Below, piece after piece: positions 1 through 9,429 of a stretch of 64,000 nucleotides of DNA (position 1 is its first letter; every line of letters begins with the position of its first letter). Under the pieces are notes generated by a model. The model searched no databases. It saw only the letters and a program-made list of their open reading frames with translations, and had not been told where the DNA came from. The DNA lies in the NCBI GenBank assembly GCA_035501255.1, contig DATJWM010000039.1, positions 654 through 64,653 on the forward strand, given 5' to 3'. Source of the DNA: Mycobacteriales bacterium. Its GTDB lineage: Bacteria; Actinomycetota; Actinomycetes; JAFAQI01. Position numbers and translations under genes: made by a program.

Positions 1-109
1 AGGAGCACTACCCGTCCGCCTGCAGCGAGTGCGAGCGCCAGTGCTCCCGCGACCGTGGTCTTGCCCGCGCCACCCTTCCCGGTGACGACGTGCAACTTGA
101 CCGCAGGGA
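1..109 (-). CDS. ArsA/GET3-family anion-transporting ATPase, N-terminal fragment (continues beyond window start)
   Basis: Reverse-strand translation from GTG at 109 gives VSEFPAVKLHVVTGKGGAGKTTVAGALALALAAGGRVVL with Walker A GKGGAGKTT. Position matches the Mtb Rv3679/Rv3680-type ATPase next to the DUF4177/RidA genes. Confidence 0.6.
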
Positions 110-205
110 ACTCGCTCACGACCTCGAGGGTAGGTGGGATCCCCCATCTCGCAGACCTGGAGCCGCGGCTCGCCCTGACGCGGGCTCGCGCCCTAGGGTT
201 GACCC

Positions 206-364
206 GTGCAGAAGTGGGAGTACGTCACTGTTCCGCTGCTTGTCCACGCGACCAAGCAGATCCTCGACCAGTGGGGGGCCGACGGCTGGGAGCTGGTCCA
301 GGTCGTGCCCGGGCCGGGTGGCGGTGAGCAACTCGTCGCCTACCTGAAGCGCCCGCTGCCGTGA
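206..364 (+). CDS. DUF4177-like small protein (52 aa), absent from the ORF track because it is short
   Basis: GTG start follows an in-frame stop at 200-202. Translation is VQKWEYVTVPLLVHATKQILDQWGADGWELVQVVPGPGGGEQLVAYLKRPLP. The stop overlaps the RidA GTG (GTGA coupling). Confidence 0.55.
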   Translation: MQKWEYVTVPLLVHATKQILDQWGADGWELVQVVPGPGGGEQLVAYLKRPLP

Positions 365-828
365 GCCGGGTTGAGGATCGGCTGCTCGAGCTCGGTCTGT
401 CGTTGCCGCCCGTGGCTATCCCGCTCGCGGCGTACGTTCCCGCGGTCCGCCACGGTGGCCTGGTCTGGACCTCGGGCCAGCTTCCGATCGTCGACGGTGT
501 GCTCGTTGCGACCGGGAAGGTGGGTGCCGAGGTCGATCCCGACGTGGCACCCGCGCTGGCGAAGATCTGCGCGCTCAACGCCCTCGCCGCGGTGCGGTCG
601 GCCGTCGGTGACCTCGACGAGGTGATCCGGGTCGTCAAGGTCGTGGGGTACGTCGCCAGTGCCCCGGAGTTCACCGGGCAGCCGGCAGTCGTCAACGGGG
701 CGAGCAACCTGCTCGGGGACGTGTTCAGCAGTGCGGGAACGCATGCCCGCAGTGCCGTCGGGGTCGCCGCCCTGCCGCTCGACGCTCCGGTCGAGGTGGA
801 GATCGTCGTCGCCGTCGCGGAGTCCTGA
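361..828 (+). CDS. RidA/YjgF family reactive-intermediate deaminase
   Basis: 155 aa with RidA-like sequence throughout. Its stop overlaps the next gene's ATG. Confidence 0.85.
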   Translation: MSRVEDRLLELGLSLPPVAIPLAAYVPAVRHGGLVWTSGQLPIVDGVLVATGKVGAEVDPDVAPALAKICALNALAAVRSAVGDLDEVIRVVKVVGYVASAPEFTGQPAVVNGASNLLGDVFSSAGTHARSAVGVAALPLDAPVEVEIVVAVAES

Positions 829-1697
829 TGGTCGACGCCGCCGGGATCGAGAAGCTTGTCGGCAATGTGGCCGAGACGATCCGGCGGCTGGAACGCGGGG
901 AGCAGCGCCCGACCGTGGCCCGCAATGCCTCGACAGTCATCCTTGCGCGTGACGGTGAGCACGGCCTCGAGATCTACCTGCTGCGGCGCGCGGCGTCGAT
1001 GTCCTTCGCCGCCGGCGCATTCGTCTACCCCGGCGGCTCGGTCGACGAACGCGATTGCGACCTCGCCGACGGGGCGTGGGTGGGACCACCCCCGGCTCAG
1101 TGGGCCAGGACCTTGAGCTCCAGCGAGGCGGTGGCTCGCGAGCTCGTGTGTGCGGCGGTGCGCGAGACGTTCGAGGAGTCAGGGGTCCTGCTGGTCGGCC
1201 CGGATGCCGAGCGGGTGGTCGAGGACCTCAGTGGTGCGGACTGGGAGGCGGATCGGCTCGCCCTGCTCGATCGGTCGGTGTCGATGGCGGAGTTGCTGAC
1301 GCGTCGCGGACTCGTGCTGCGAGCGGATCTGCTGTTTGCGTGGGCGCACTGGATCACGCCCGACGTCGAGACCCGGCGGTTCGACACGCGCTTCTTCTTG
1401 GCCGCGTTGCCGGACGGCCAGCGCACCCGGAACGTCGGGGGTGAGGCTGATCAGGTCGCGTGGGTGCGCCCTGGGGAGGCGGTCGCGGCGAGTGAACGCG
1501 GCGAGATGCTCCTGATGCCGCCCACCCTCACGACCTTGCGCGAGCTCGCCGGGTTCGCCAGCGTCGCAAACCTGCTTGCGGTCGCGCGCACTCGCGATGT
1601 CGTCACCGTCCATCCGAAGCTGATCATCGACGACAACGGCAAGGTGGCGTTCCTCACCCCGGATGACCCGCGCTACCCGGGGAGCCTGCCCGGATGA
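828..1697 (+). CDS. NUDIX hydrolase
   Basis: A NUDIX-box-like region (GGSVDERDCDLADGAWVGPPP...RELVCAAVRETFEESGV) is present. The gene is translationally coupled to RidA and to the MBL hydrolase. Confidence 0.7.
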   Translation: MVDAAGIEKLVGNVAETIRRLERGEQRPTVARNASTVILARDGEHGLEIYLLRRAASMSFAAGAFVYPGGSVDERDCDLADGAWVGPPPAQWARTLSSSEAVARELVCAAVRETFEESGVLLVGPDAERVVEDLSGADWEADRLALLDRSVSMAELLTRRGLVLRADLLFAWAHWITPDVETRRFDTRFFLAALPDGQRTRNVGGEADQVAWVRPGEAVAASERGEMLLMPPTLTTLRELAGFASVANLLAVARTRDVVTVHPKLIIDDNGKVAFLTPDDPRYPGSLPG

Positions 1698-2473
1698 GCA
1701 GGCTCGAGCCCGTGACGAGGACCGCGTCGAGACTCCTCGCCCCTAACCCCGGCCCAATGACTCTCGAGGGCACCAACACCTGGATCCTGAAGGATCCGGA
1801 AGGACCGAGCCGGGTCGTCGTCGACCCCGGACCGCTCGAGGACGGGCACGTCGAGGAGGTTGCTGCGCTCGGGCCGATCACGCTGATCGTGCTCACGCAC
1901 GGCCACTTCGACCATTGCGAGTCGGCACCGCTCCTGCACGAGCTCACCGGCGCTCCAGTGCTCGCGTGGGATCCCGCGTTGTGCATCGCCGCCGAACCGC
2001 TGTCGCAGACGACACAACGCAGTGCGCTCGGGGGGCTTGAGTGGCTCACGTATCTGACGCCGGGCCACAGCAGCGACTCGGTGTCGTTCCTGCTCGAGGC
2101 CGACCGGGCACTGCTCACCGGCGATACCGTGCTCGGGCGTGGCACTGCGGTGATCGCTCATCCGGATGGCGAGCTCGGCGCGTACCTCGACTCGCTGCAA
2201 CGGTTGCGAGACCTCGCCGCCACTGAGGTGGACATCGTCCTGCCGGGCCACGGGCCGGTGGTGGACCGTCCGATCGAGGTGCTCGATTACTACATCACCC
2301 ACCGGCACGAACGCCTTCAACAGGTGCGAGACGCGCTCGCCGCCGGCGCGAGCATCGATGACATCGACTCGGTCGTCGAGATCGTCTACGCCGATGTCGA
2401 CCGGTCGCTGTGGCCCTACGCCACGCTGTCGCTGCGCGCCCAGCTGGACTACCTGCGTGAGGCGGGATCGTGA
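1694..2473 (+). CDS. MBL-fold metallo-hydrolase (Rv3677c-like)
   Basis: It carries the HxHxDH motif (LTHGHFDHC). The ATGA overlap with the upstream gene and the GTGA overlap with the downstream gene indicate translational coupling. Confidence 0.85.
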   Translation: MSRLEPVTRTASRLLAPNPGPMTLEGTNTWILKDPEGPSRVVVDPGPLEDGHVEEVAALGPITLIVLTHGHFDHCESAPLLHELTGAPVLAWDPALCIAAEPLSQTTQRSALGGLEWLTYLTPGHSSDSVSFLLEADRALLTGDTVLGRGTAVIAHPDGELGAYLDSLQRLRDLAATEVDIVLPGHGPVVDRPIEVLDYYITHRHERLQQVRDALAAGASIDDIDSVVEIVYADVDRSLWPYATLSLRAQLDYLREAGS

Positions 2474-5400
2474 CGAGCGAGTCCGCGGCGGGTCCACGCA
2501 GCATGGCGATCCCCGAACCCGGTCCGATCGTCTGCCCCGTCTGCGGCACGCCCACGGTCGAGGGTGCGCGGTTCTGCTTCTCGTGCGGGGCGATGCTCGA
2601 CGCCGCTGCGATCGCCGCCGACATCAACACCGAGCGCCGGGTGGTGACGGTGTTGTTCGGCGACCTTTCCGACTTCACCGCCTGGGCGGAGGACGTCGAC
2701 CCGGAGCGGGTCGGGATCGTCACGGATCACGTCCTGGCGGTGCTTAGCGACGTCGTGAACGACTACGGCGGCACGGTCGACAAGCTCACCGGCGACGGGA
2801 TCATGGCCGTTTTCGGCGCGCCGACGGCGCACGAGAACGACCCCGAACGCGCGGTGCGCGCGGCGCACGAGATGCAAGCGGCGGTGCGTCGACTGACGAA
2901 GGAGGGCAGCCGGAGCGACCGGCTGATGGGCCTGCGGGTCGGGTTGAACACCGGGGAGGTGCTGGCGGGCATTCAGGCATCCCGGGCGTACACGGTCGTC
3001 GGCGACACGGTCAACACCGCTTCGCGGCTGTCGGACGCGGCCAGTGTCGGAGCCGTGTACGCCGGTCGAGCAACCGCGATGGCAACGATGTCGACCGCGA
3101 CCTGGCGCTCGCTGGAACCGTTGCGGTTGAAGGGAAAACGCGAACCCGTCCCTGCGTACGAGCTGGTGGGATTGCGCCCACCCGGTGCCGCGAGACTCGG
3201 CCTGGGCGAGGAGACCCCGTTCATCGGACGCGACACGGAGTTCGCTCAGCTCGCGGCCCGCCTGCTGGAGGTGGTCGAGCGGGACAAGCCAGCCTCTGTC
3301 GTCGTCACCGGCGAGGCCGGAGTGGGCAAGACCCGCCTGGTGCTCGAGCTCGCCCAGTTTGCCGGCGGCCTTCCCGACGTCCGGGTGTTGTGGGGCCGCT
3401 GCTCGCCGTACGGCGAGAGTCGGGAGCTGTCCGCGCTCGCCGAGTGGATGCGGACGGTGTTCGGAATCGTGGAAGAAGACGACACCGAGGCTGCGATTGC
3501 ACGGGTGCGGCGCACGCTGTCCCGGCTCGCGCCGCGAAGCACCGGGCGGCCGATCAACTCCTCCACGACCGACCGGCTGCTTGCGTTGCTGGGTCTGGTC
3601 GAGTGGTCGCAGGTGGGGCCTCGGGACAACGCGACTCCCGGTGCAGCGGAGTTGCTGGAGGATCCGACCGTTGAGGCGGTCGTCGCGGTCCTTGCCGCTG
3701 TGGCCGCCGAGGGTCCACTTGTGCTCGTGATCGACGATGCACACTGGGCCTCCGGTGATCTGCTGGGTGCAGTGACCCGCCTTGCCAATGAGGTGCTCGG
3801 CGCCGTGCTGTTCGTCACCGTCGGCCGGGCGGAGCTGCTCTCCGCGTCGTGGTGGGACCGGATGCCGGATGCTTCGGTGTTGCCCGTCACCCCGATGGAC
3901 GACGCAGCCAGCGGTCGATTGCTCGCCGCTTACCTCAGCGGGGCCGAGCTCGACCCAGCAACTCGCGAGCTGCTTCTCGACCGCGCGCAGGGCAACCCGT
4001 TCTTTCTGGCGGAGATGCTGCACCTGCTCGTTGATCGCGGCTTGCTGAACCGCGACGGCGAGGGCTGGCAGCTCACCGGTGACCTGCCGCGCGACGTGCT
4101 TCCCGCGGGAGTTCAGGCGGTGCTTACCGCCCGGATCGACGGCTTGTCGCCGGCGGCGCGCACCGTGCTGCGCGACGCCGCGATCATGGGGAATCGATTC
4201 ACCGCTGAGATGCTTCGGGCCCTGGCGACGACGCCGGACGACGGGACCGACCCCATTGCCGACGCGGTCGAGGAGCTGCTCGCTCGGGGGATCGTGCACG
4301 TCATTGGGGGAGGCACCGAGGCGCACCCGCACTACGCGTTCGCCCACGCTCTCATTCGCGACGTCGCCTACGCAGGGGTGCCCAAGGCCGAACGTGCGCG
4401 GCGGCACGCGCGGGTCGCGCGGTGGGCGATCGGAGGCCTGCACTGGTCGACGGGTGAGACGGATGCGTTCGTGGCCGCGCAGGCCGAACAGGCGATCTCG
4501 CTCGCCGAGGAGATGGACCTTCCGCCCCGGGACCGGGCCTGGTCGGCGCGAGTGGTCGGGTTCGGCGCGTTGAGCCGGCTGGGCGAGGCCGCGCTGGCCC
4601 GCGATGACAACACCCGCGCCGACACGTTGCTCACCCGCGCTCTCCGGATCGCCGGCGGTGAGGTGTCGGACGGTACCCAGGCGAAGGTGCTCGTCCGTCG
4701 GGCCGCGGCCCGGCTGTCGCTGCGTCGGATCGAGGAGGCCGAGGCGGACCTTGACAAGCCGCTCGCGTCGCGCGACCTCGGGACCCGGGCCTCGGCCCTC
4801 GTGGTTCGCGGGGAGATCATGCGGCGCTCGGGTGACGACACGAGGGCGGCCGAGCTGTTCGTGTCGGCGCTTGCCGCCGCGAGCGAGTCCGGCCAGGACC
4901 GAGTGACGGCGGAGGCGTTGCGCCAATTGGGGTTGTTGGCGTTCGTCGCCGGTGATCTGCGCACGGCCGACCTCCGGTTCGGTCAAGCCTTGGACCTGGC
5001 GGAGCGGATCGGCGACCGCCGCGGAGCCGGTTGGGCGCTTCAGCATCTCGCCTGGAGCGCCACCAGCCGCGGGGACTACGCCGAGGCCGAGCAGCGCCTC
5101 GCGGCCGCGTCGGACGTGTTCGCCGCGCTGGGCGACGACGGTGGGCTGTCGTGGTGCGCGGGGACGGAGGCGTTCGTCCGCCTGCTTCAGGGCCGACTGG
5201 AACAGGCCCGCGATCTCGCCCAGGGTCTGCTCCCGTTTGCGCGGAGTCTGAGCGATCGCTGGGGTGCCGCGGCGTGCCTGACGATCGATGCGCTCGCGGC
5301 CGGTGAGCTCGGACTCGTGACCACCGCACTCGAGGAGGCGGCCGCGGCGTATGAGGAGTTTCACGCGTTGTCGAACACCTGGGGGGAGAGCGTCGCCGCG

Positions 5401-6027
5401 CTCGCCGAGGGGATGGCCTTGCGGGGCGCCGGTCGAGCGCAGGAGGCGATCACCCGGCTCGAGTTCGCCGCTCAAGTAGCCAGTCGCGACGGTCACGTGC
5501 TCCAGGCGGCGGTCGCGCTCGGGTACATCGGGTACTGCCATCTTGACCTCGGCGACTCCGTCGGCGCGGAGGAGATCGCCACCCGGGCGTTGGCCTCGCT
5601 GGAAGGGATCGGCGTCCGGCCGGGTGCGCTTGTCGGGGTGCGGGTGTTGCTGGCCCAGGCGCTTCGTCAGCGCGGGGAGACCGATCGCGCCCTCACCCTC
5701 CTGCGGGAGGCGCAGGTCGTCGACGACGCGTCGCTGTCCTTTCCCCGCCGTCAGGCGCTCGCGCACCTGGCCGGCGTCCTGCTCGAGCGCGGTGACGTGG
5801 GCGAGGCGGTCGGTGTCATCCAGCAGGCGATGGCCGTCCCGGCCGAGGATCTGCGGTCGCGGATCGTGGCCTTGCGGGTTCTCGGTGCCGTGCTGTCGAG
5901 AAGCGGCGACCTGCCCGCAGCCCGCTACGCCCTGCGCCAGGCGGTGGCCCTGGCCGGTTCGACCGAGATGCAGGCGGAATTGCCCGCGTCGCGGCGAGCG
6001 CTCGACGCGCTTCCCGCTGCCTCGTAG
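2470..6027 (+). CDS. Multidomain zinc-ribbon / class III adenylate cyclase / STAND AAA ATPase / TPR protein (1185 aa)
   Basis: The N-terminus has a CPVCG...CFSCG zinc ribbon. The cyclase homology domain shows VVTVLFGDLSDFT and KLTGDGIMAVFG. A Walker A (VVVTGEAGVGKT) follows. The C-terminal half is long and Ala/Leu-rich TPR-like. No C-terminal LuxR HTH was seen. Confidence 0.85.
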   Translation: MTSESAAGPRSMAIPEPGPIVCPVCGTPTVEGARFCFSCGAMLDAAAIAADINTERRVVTVLFGDLSDFTAWAEDVDPERVGIVTDHVLAVLSDVVNDYGGTVDKLTGDGIMAVFGAPTAHENDPERAVRAAHEMQAAVRRLTKEGSRSDRLMGLRVGLNTGEVLAGIQASRAYTVVGDTVNTASRLSDAASVGAVYAGRATAMATMSTATWRSLEPLRLKGKREPVPAYELVGLRPPGAARLGLGEETPFIGRDTEFAQLAARLLEVVERDKPASVVVTGEAGVGKTRLVLELAQFAGGLPDVRVLWGRCSPYGESRELSALAEWMRTVFGIVEEDDTEAAIARVRRTLSRLAPRSTGRPINSSTTDRLLALLGLVEWSQVGPRDNATPGAAELLEDPTVEAVVAVLAAVAAEGPLVLVIDDAHWASGDLLGAVTRLANEVLGAVLFVTVGRAELLSASWWDRMPDASVLPVTPMDDAASGRLLAAYLSGAELDPATRELLLDRAQGNPFFLAEMLHLLVDRGLLNRDGEGWQLTGDLPRDVLPAGVQAVLTARIDGLSPAARTVLRDAAIMGNRFTAEMLRALATTPDDGTDPIADAVEELLARGIVHVIGGGTEAHPHYAFAHALIRDVAYAGVPKAERARRHARVARWAIGGLHWSTGETDAFVAAQAEQAISLAEEMDLPPRDRAWSARVVGFGALSRLGEAALARDDNTRADTLLTRALRIAGGEVSDGTQAKVLVRRAAARLSLRRIEEAEADLDKPLASRDLGTRASALVVRGEIMRRSGDDTRAAELFVSALAAASESGQDRVTAEALRQLGLLAFVAGDLRTADLRFGQALDLAERIGDRRGAGWALQHLAWSATSRGDYAEAEQRLAAASDVFAALGDDGGLSWCAGTEAFVRLLQGRLEQARDLAQGLLPFARSLSDRWGAAACLTIDALAAGELGLVTTALEEAAAAYEEFHALSNTWGESVAALAEGMALRGAGRAQEAITRLEFAAQVASRDGHVLQAAVALGYIGYCHLDLGDSVGAEEIATRALASLEGIGVRPGALVGVRVLLAQALRQRGETDRALTLLREAQVVDDASLSFPRRQALAHLAGVLLERGDVGEAVGVIQQAMAVPAEDLRSRIVALRVLGAVLSRSGDLPAARYALRQAVALAGSTEMQAELPASRRALDALPAAS

Positions 6028-6030
6028 CGG

Positions 6031-6705
6031 TTACCGCGCGCGGCGCGCGAGTCGCTCGGGTTCGAGGAGTACGACGCTGCGACCCTCGGTTCGCAGCCAG
6101 CCCCGGTGTGCGAACTCCGACAGCGCCTTGTTGACGGTCTCGCGGCTCGCGCCGACGAGTTGGGCGAGCTCCTCTTGGGTCAGGTCGTGGCGCACCCGGG
6201 TGCCGTCGCCCTCCGGCACGCCGAAGCGCTCCGCCAGGTCGAGGAGCGCCTTGGCCACCCGCCCGGGTACGTCGGTGAAGACGAGGTCGGCCATCGCCTC
6301 GTTCGTCCGCCGCAGCCGGAGGGCGAGGGCCTGGAGTAGGTGAACCGCGACTCCTGGGCGCTCGATGAGCAGCGGCCGGAGGTCGTCGTGGTCCAGCGAG
6401 GCCAGGACGGATTCCGTCACGGTCGTCACGGTCGCGGTCCGCGCTCCTGGGTCGAACAGCGAGAGCTCGCCGAACATCTCGGTCGCACCGAGAACCGCCA
6501 GCAAGTTTTCTCGACCGTCGGAGGCGGCCCGCGAAATCTTGACCTTGCCCTCGAGCACGACGAACAGGCGATCGCCGGTATCTCCTTCCCGGAACACCAC
6601 GTGCCCGCGCGCCAGGGTTCGCCGGGTCATGGCCGCTTCAAGGGAGGCCGCCGACTCCTCGTCCAGGGCAGCGAACAGCGGCGACTGAGCGAGCACACCC
6701 TCCAC
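6031..6705 (-). CDS. crp: cAMP receptor protein (Crp/Fnr family global regulator)
   Basis: Near-colinear identity to Mtb Crp Rv3676 (GDRLFVVLEGKVKI...RETVNKALSEFAHRGWLR...ERLARRAR). GTG start with a GGAGG Shine-Dalgarno. Confidence 0.95.
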   Translation of the reverse strand: MEGVLAQSPLFAALDEESAASLEAAMTRRTLARGHVVFREGDTGDRLFVVLEGKVKISRAASDGRENLLAVLGATEMFGELSLFDPGARTATVTTVTESVLASLDHDDLRPLLIERPGVAVHLLQALALRLRRTNEAMADLVFTDVPGRVAKALLDLAERFGVPEGDGTRVRHDLTQEELAQLVGASRETVNKALSEFAHRGWLRTEGRSVVLLEPERLARRAR

Positions 6706-6777
6706 GACGGCCTCCGACCCGAGATCGTGTCTGCGAGTCTGCCCTACCCGCCTGTCCGGGAACCGCTATGGGGCGGG

Positions 6778-7308
6778 TCAGCGTCGCACGGCGTTGGGCG
6801 GGTTCGACCGGTTCGGCAGTGCCGACAAGCACAGGTCCGGGTCCTCCCGGTAGCGCGCGATGAGCTCGGCGGTCGCGGTCGCGAGCCGGCGGTGCAACGC
6901 GGCCCGGTACGCCGACAGTTGGCTCTCGGCCTTGATCAGATCGTGGATCAACGCGGCGTTGAAGGTGTGGTCACCCTTGACCGGCTCATTCGCCCACAGC
7001 GAGGCGAGGTCGGGCAGTGGCGGCATGTCGTCGACCGGCAGGACGCTGAGCAGCGCCGATCGGCCGCTGCCCATCCGGCCCTCGGCGAAGACATCACGCA
7101 GGTCCTCGACACTCGCGCTCTGACCGCTGTCGGTGGCTCGGACGAGGTCGAGGCGTGCCTGAATGATCCGTCGCCAGTACGACACCCGGCCCTCTTCGCT
7201 GGTGAGGGTGGTGCGGTAGCTGCGCAGCCCATCGAGGGACAGATGGGCGAAGTCAGGGCTGCGCTCAGGCGGGACCGTCAGTCGGTCCGCCGTCGGCCGG
7301 TTGGGCAT
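6778..7308 (-). CDS. Helical hypothetical protein; candidate RsiG-like c-di-GMP-binding anti-sigma factor
   Basis: ATG at 7308 is preceded by GGAGA (alternative GTG at 7314). It contains an exact E(X)3S(X)2R(X)3Q(X)3D match (EGRVSYWRRIIQARLD). A degenerate second copy (ESQLSAYRAALHRRLA) lies about 96 aa downstream. Confidence 0.55.
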   Translation of the reverse strand: MPNRPTADRLTVPPERSPDFAHLSLDGLRSYRTTLTSEEGRVSYWRRIIQARLDLVRATDSGQSASVEDLRDVFAEGRMGSGRSALLSVLPVDDMPPLPDLASLWANEPVKGDHTFNAALIHDLIKAESQLSAYRAALHRRLATATAELIARYREDPDLCLSALPNRSNPPNAVRR

Positions 7309-7426
7309 GATCACTCTCCGCTGCTGTTACTCGCGGATCGGCCGCGATTCCGGGCTGCTTGAGGTGAACGGGCCGCCCGTCACCCCTATGGACTAGGCAT
7401 CAGACACCCGCCGTACGCTCGGTGAT

Positions 7427-8143
7427 GTGGCGCCACCCGAATCTCGTACGGCCCTGGTGCGTCGGGCGAGACGGATGGACCGCATCCTCACCGAGACCTA
7501 TCCGGACGCACATTGCGAGCTGGATTTCTCCTCACCGCTGCAGCTCCTGGTCGCCACCGTGCTCTCCGCGCAGTGCACGGACAAGAAGGTCAACGAGGTC
7601 ACACCGGCGCTTTTCCGTCGTTATCCCGACGCTGCCGCCCTCGCGGGCGCGGATCGCGTCGAGATGGAGAACATGATCCGTCCGACCGGGTTCTTTCGCG
7701 CAAAGACCACGAGCCTGATCAACCTCGGACAGGCGCTGACGGAACGGTTCGGCGGCGAGGTCCCCGGCACGCTCAACCAGCTCGTCACCCTCCCCGGAGT
7801 GGGCCGTAAGACCGCGAACGTTGTGCTTGGCAACGCGTTCGGTATCCCGGGTATCACCGTCGACACACATTTCGGTCGGCTCGCCCGCAGATTCGGCTGG
7901 ACGGCGCAAGATGACCCCGTCAAGGTCGAGCACGAGGTGGGATCGCTGTTCGACAAGCGGGTCTGGACCGGGCTGTCGCATCGGATGATCTGGCACGGGC
8001 GGCGCGTGTGTCACTCGCGGAAACCGGCCTGCGGCGCCTGCCCGCTCGCCAGGTTGTGCCCGTCGTACGGGCTTGGTCCGACCGATCCCGTGCTCGCGAC
8101 CAAGCTGTTGAAGCCGGCCTCGCAGATGGCCGCGACGCGATGA
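7427..8143 (+). CDS. nth: Endonuclease III
   Basis: HhH-GPD fold ([12 protein letters not shown]) and a C-terminal FeS cluster motif ([17 protein letters not shown]). Confidence 0.95.
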   Translation: MAPPESRTALVRRARRMDRILTETYPDAHCELDFSSPLQLLVATVLSAQCTDKKVNEVTPALFRRYPDAAALAGADRVEMENMIRPTGFFRAKTTSLINLGQALTERFGGEVPGTLNQLVTLPGVGRKTANVVLGNAFGIPGITVDTHFGRLARRFGWTAQDDPVKVEHEVGSLFDKRVWTGLSHRMIWHGRRVCHSRKPACGACPLARLCPSYGLGPTDPVLATKLLKPASQMAATR

Positions 8144-8754
8144 CCGCCCGCCGCTTGGTTGGGGTGGCCGGCGTCGCGGCGCTCGTGGTCAGCCTGGTGA
8201 CGGCCTGCTCGGGGCAGAGCAGCTCCGGCGGGGCGACGAAGGGCCCGAGCACGGCAGCATCGAAGGCCCAGATCCGCGCGGCGCACCTCGAATCTTGCCC
8301 GTCGTCCTCTTCCGAGGTGGTCTCCGGCGGTTTGCCGAACCTCACGCTGCCCTGCCTCGGCCAGGGCCCGGATGTCCATCTGGCCGGCCTCACCGGCAAA
8401 CCGACGGTGGTCAACGTCTGGGGATCGTGGTGCACCGAGTGCCAGAAGGAGGAGCCTTACCTCACCACCGCTTACGACGCGCTGCGCCACAAAGTGCGCT
8501 TCCTCGGGGTCGACTCGGTCGATGAGGCCGACAGCGCGATCAACTACGGCATGCGTGGAGTGAATCCTCCAATCCGCTTCCCGTCGGTGTTCGACCCGGA
8601 TCACAAGGTGCTCAACGGGCTGCACTTCGACGGGACGCCGTTGACCGTGTTCGTGGACGCGACCGGGCGGATCGTCGGGAAGAACTACGTTGCCTACCGG
8701 AGTACGGCCGCGGTTGAACGTGACGTCTCCAAATACCTGCACGTTTCGACGTGA
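8140..8754 (+). CDS. TlpA-like thioredoxin-fold lipoprotein (Rv3673c-like)
   Basis: ATG at 8140 overlaps the nth stop. The signal peptide plus lipobox reads [23 protein letters not shown]. The thioredoxin motif is WGSWCTEC. Confidence 0.8.
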   Translation: MTARRLVGVAGVAALVVSLVTACSGQSSSGGATKGPSTAASKAQIRAAHLESCPSSSSEVVSGGLPNLTLPCLGQGPDVHLAGLTGKPTVVNVWGSWCTECQKEEPYLTTAYDALRHKVRFLGVDSVDEADSAINYGMRGVNPPIRFPSVFDPDHKVLNGLHFDGTPLTVFVDATGRIVGKNYVAYRSTAAVERDVSKYLHVST

Positions 8755-9422
8755 ACACCACCGCGAACCACGACGCGAGTGCGCCACCCGAGTGGCTGCG
8801 TGGGCTGATCGAGGCGTTGCGGCATCCGGTGGAGGTGCCGTTCCGGACGCCCCCAGCCGACAGCCGGCCCGCGCGTCGCTCAGCCGTGCTCGCCCTGTTC
8901 GGTGAGGGTTTGCATGGCCCGGACGTGCTCCTGCAGCAGCGCGCCGCCGACATGCGCAGCCACCCCGGGCAGCCGGCGTTTCCAGGGGGAGCGATCGACC
9001 CCACCGATGACGGGGAGGTTGGTGCCGCGCTTCGGGAGGCGCAGGAGGAGACCGGACTCGACCCGGCCGGCGTCGACGTGCTGGGCGTCCTGCCGAACCT
9101 GTGGATCCCGGCGAGCGACAACGTCGTGACGCCGGTCGTGGCGTGGTGGCGGGAGCCGAGCGATGTTCGCCCGGTCGACCCGGCAGAGACGGCCGCGGTT
9201 GCCCGGGTGCCGGTTGCCGATCTGGTCGACCCGGCGAACCGGCTCGTGGTGACCCACCCGTTGGGCTACGAGTCGCCGGCGTTCGAGGTCGCGGACATGC
9301 TCGTGTGGGGATTTACGGCGGGGGTGCTGAGCTGGCTGATCTCCCTCGCCGGGTGGGAGCTGCCGTGGGACCGGACCCGCACGGCAGCGTTCCCGGCCGT
9401 GCCGGACCGCCCGACGAGCTGA
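8751..9422 (+). CDS. NUDIX hydrolase, CoA pyrophosphatase-like (Rv3672c-like)
   Basis: GTG at 8751 overlaps the upstream stop. The NUDIX box region is GGAIDPTDDGEVGAALREAQEETGL. Confidence 0.8.
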   Translation: MNTTANHDASAPPEWLRGLIEALRHPVEVPFRTPPADSRPARRSAVLALFGEGLHGPDVLLQQRAADMRSHPGQPAFPGGAIDPTDDGEVGAALREAQEETGLDPAGVDVLGVLPNLWIPASDNVVTPVVAWWREPSDVRPVDPAETAAVARVPVADLVDPANRLVVTHPLGYESPAFEVADMLVWGFTAGVLSWLISLAGWELPWDRTRTAAFPAVPDRPTS

Positions 9423-9429
9423 GCGGCGG

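Noticed and set aside
2449-5766. 1105-aa minus-strand ORF antisense to the adenylate cyclase-STAND gene. The ORFs 56557-58776 (antisense to clpC1), 16454-17962 and 41483-43279 are similar.
   Set aside because: They are Arg/Pro/Gly-rich low-complexity translations with no domain signal. They lie entirely inside well-supported sense-strand genes, the usual high-GC antisense open-frame artefact.
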